NCBI RefSeq assembly: GCF_030848545.1
Contig: NZ_JAVDCA010000010.1
Location: forward strand, 140,574 to 164,573
DNA: 24,000 nt
Direction of reading: 5' to 3'
From: Astrobacterium formosum
GTDB taxonomy: Bacteria > Pseudomonadota > Alphaproteobacteria > Rhizobiales > Xanthobacteraceae
A program made the position numbers and the translations under genes. Shown here piece by piece: positions 23,840-24,000 of this stretch (its first letter is position 1; every line of letters starts with the position of its first letter). The notes under the pieces were generated by a model. That model was not told the DNA's origin. It made no database searches and worked only from the letters and a program-made list of their open reading frames with translations.

Positions 23840-24000
23840 ATGGCTGCCGCGAGCCCTTCCGCCTCCTCACCGGCGCGCTGGCCTTTGTCGCTGTGGATCG
23901 GCATGGCGATGCTGGCACCGCTCATCCTCGTGGCGGTCGGCGGCCCCGCGGTCGCGCCCTACGTCTACGACGAGATGAACTTCCTCGCCCGGCTGCAGCC
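23840..24000 (+). CDS. ABC transporter permease (DppC/OppC-like), 5' part only
   Basis: The ATG lies 1 nt after the upstream stop. MAAASPSASSPARWPLSLWIGMAMLAPLILVAVGGPAVAPY... is typical of second-permease N-termini. It runs off the window. Confidence 0.7.
   Translation, partial: MAAASPSASSPARWPLSLWIGMAMLAPLILVAVGGPAVAPYVYDEMNFLARLQ

Overview
This is a high-GC chromosomal segment (GC not computed). It looks like a Rhizobiales-type alphaproteobacterium, judged from the Bug/TctC-family binding proteins and from nested-palindrome intergenic repeats of the 'gtcattgcgaggagcgaagcgacgaagcaatccag', 'gtcattccgggg' and 'gtcatgcccgcgcttgtcgcgggcatcc' kinds. All calls come from reading the ORF translations and the DNA by eye; no searches were run.

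I can support about 22 protein-coding genes. I see no rRNA or tRNA, no CRISPR array, no transposase or integrase, and no recognisable defence genes.

Gene blocks, left to right:
(1) A DUF2478-like gene and mogA on the minus strand, diverging from a pseudo-receiver/PAS/GGDEF/EAL c-di-GMP protein.
(2) A minus-strand run: asnS, cytochrome b561, class I cytochrome c, two-module CbiX chelatase, and an Fnr/FixK-type regulator without the Fnr Cys cluster.
(3) An orphan HNH-like protein.
(4) A polysaccharide deacetylase and a Bug binding protein.
(5) A pyruvate formate-lyase cluster in the order pflB-focA-pflA.
(6) An aromatic or pyrone-acid catabolic cluster: a LigJ-like hydratase diverging from gntR, then a LigI-like lactonase, a Bug binding protein and a cytosolic PBP-fold 'dihydroxyphthalate-decarboxylase-like' protein.
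(7) The start of a Dpp/Opp-type ABC operon.

I found no clearly novel multi-gene system. The features most worth a second look are:
- a near-consensus FNR/FixK box promoter at the left edge, plus a degenerate site with the same spacing upstream of pflB;
- a six-unit 7-nt microsatellite in the cytochrome c leader;
- a 28-bp palindromic operator in the ligJ/gntR divergent promoter;
- a 32-codon upstream ORF coupled to ligI by ATGA;
- an incomplete Lig-type pathway with an uncharacterised PBP-fold enzyme;
- palindromic MITE-like elements inserted at operon junctions (pflB|focA and ABC binding protein|permease).
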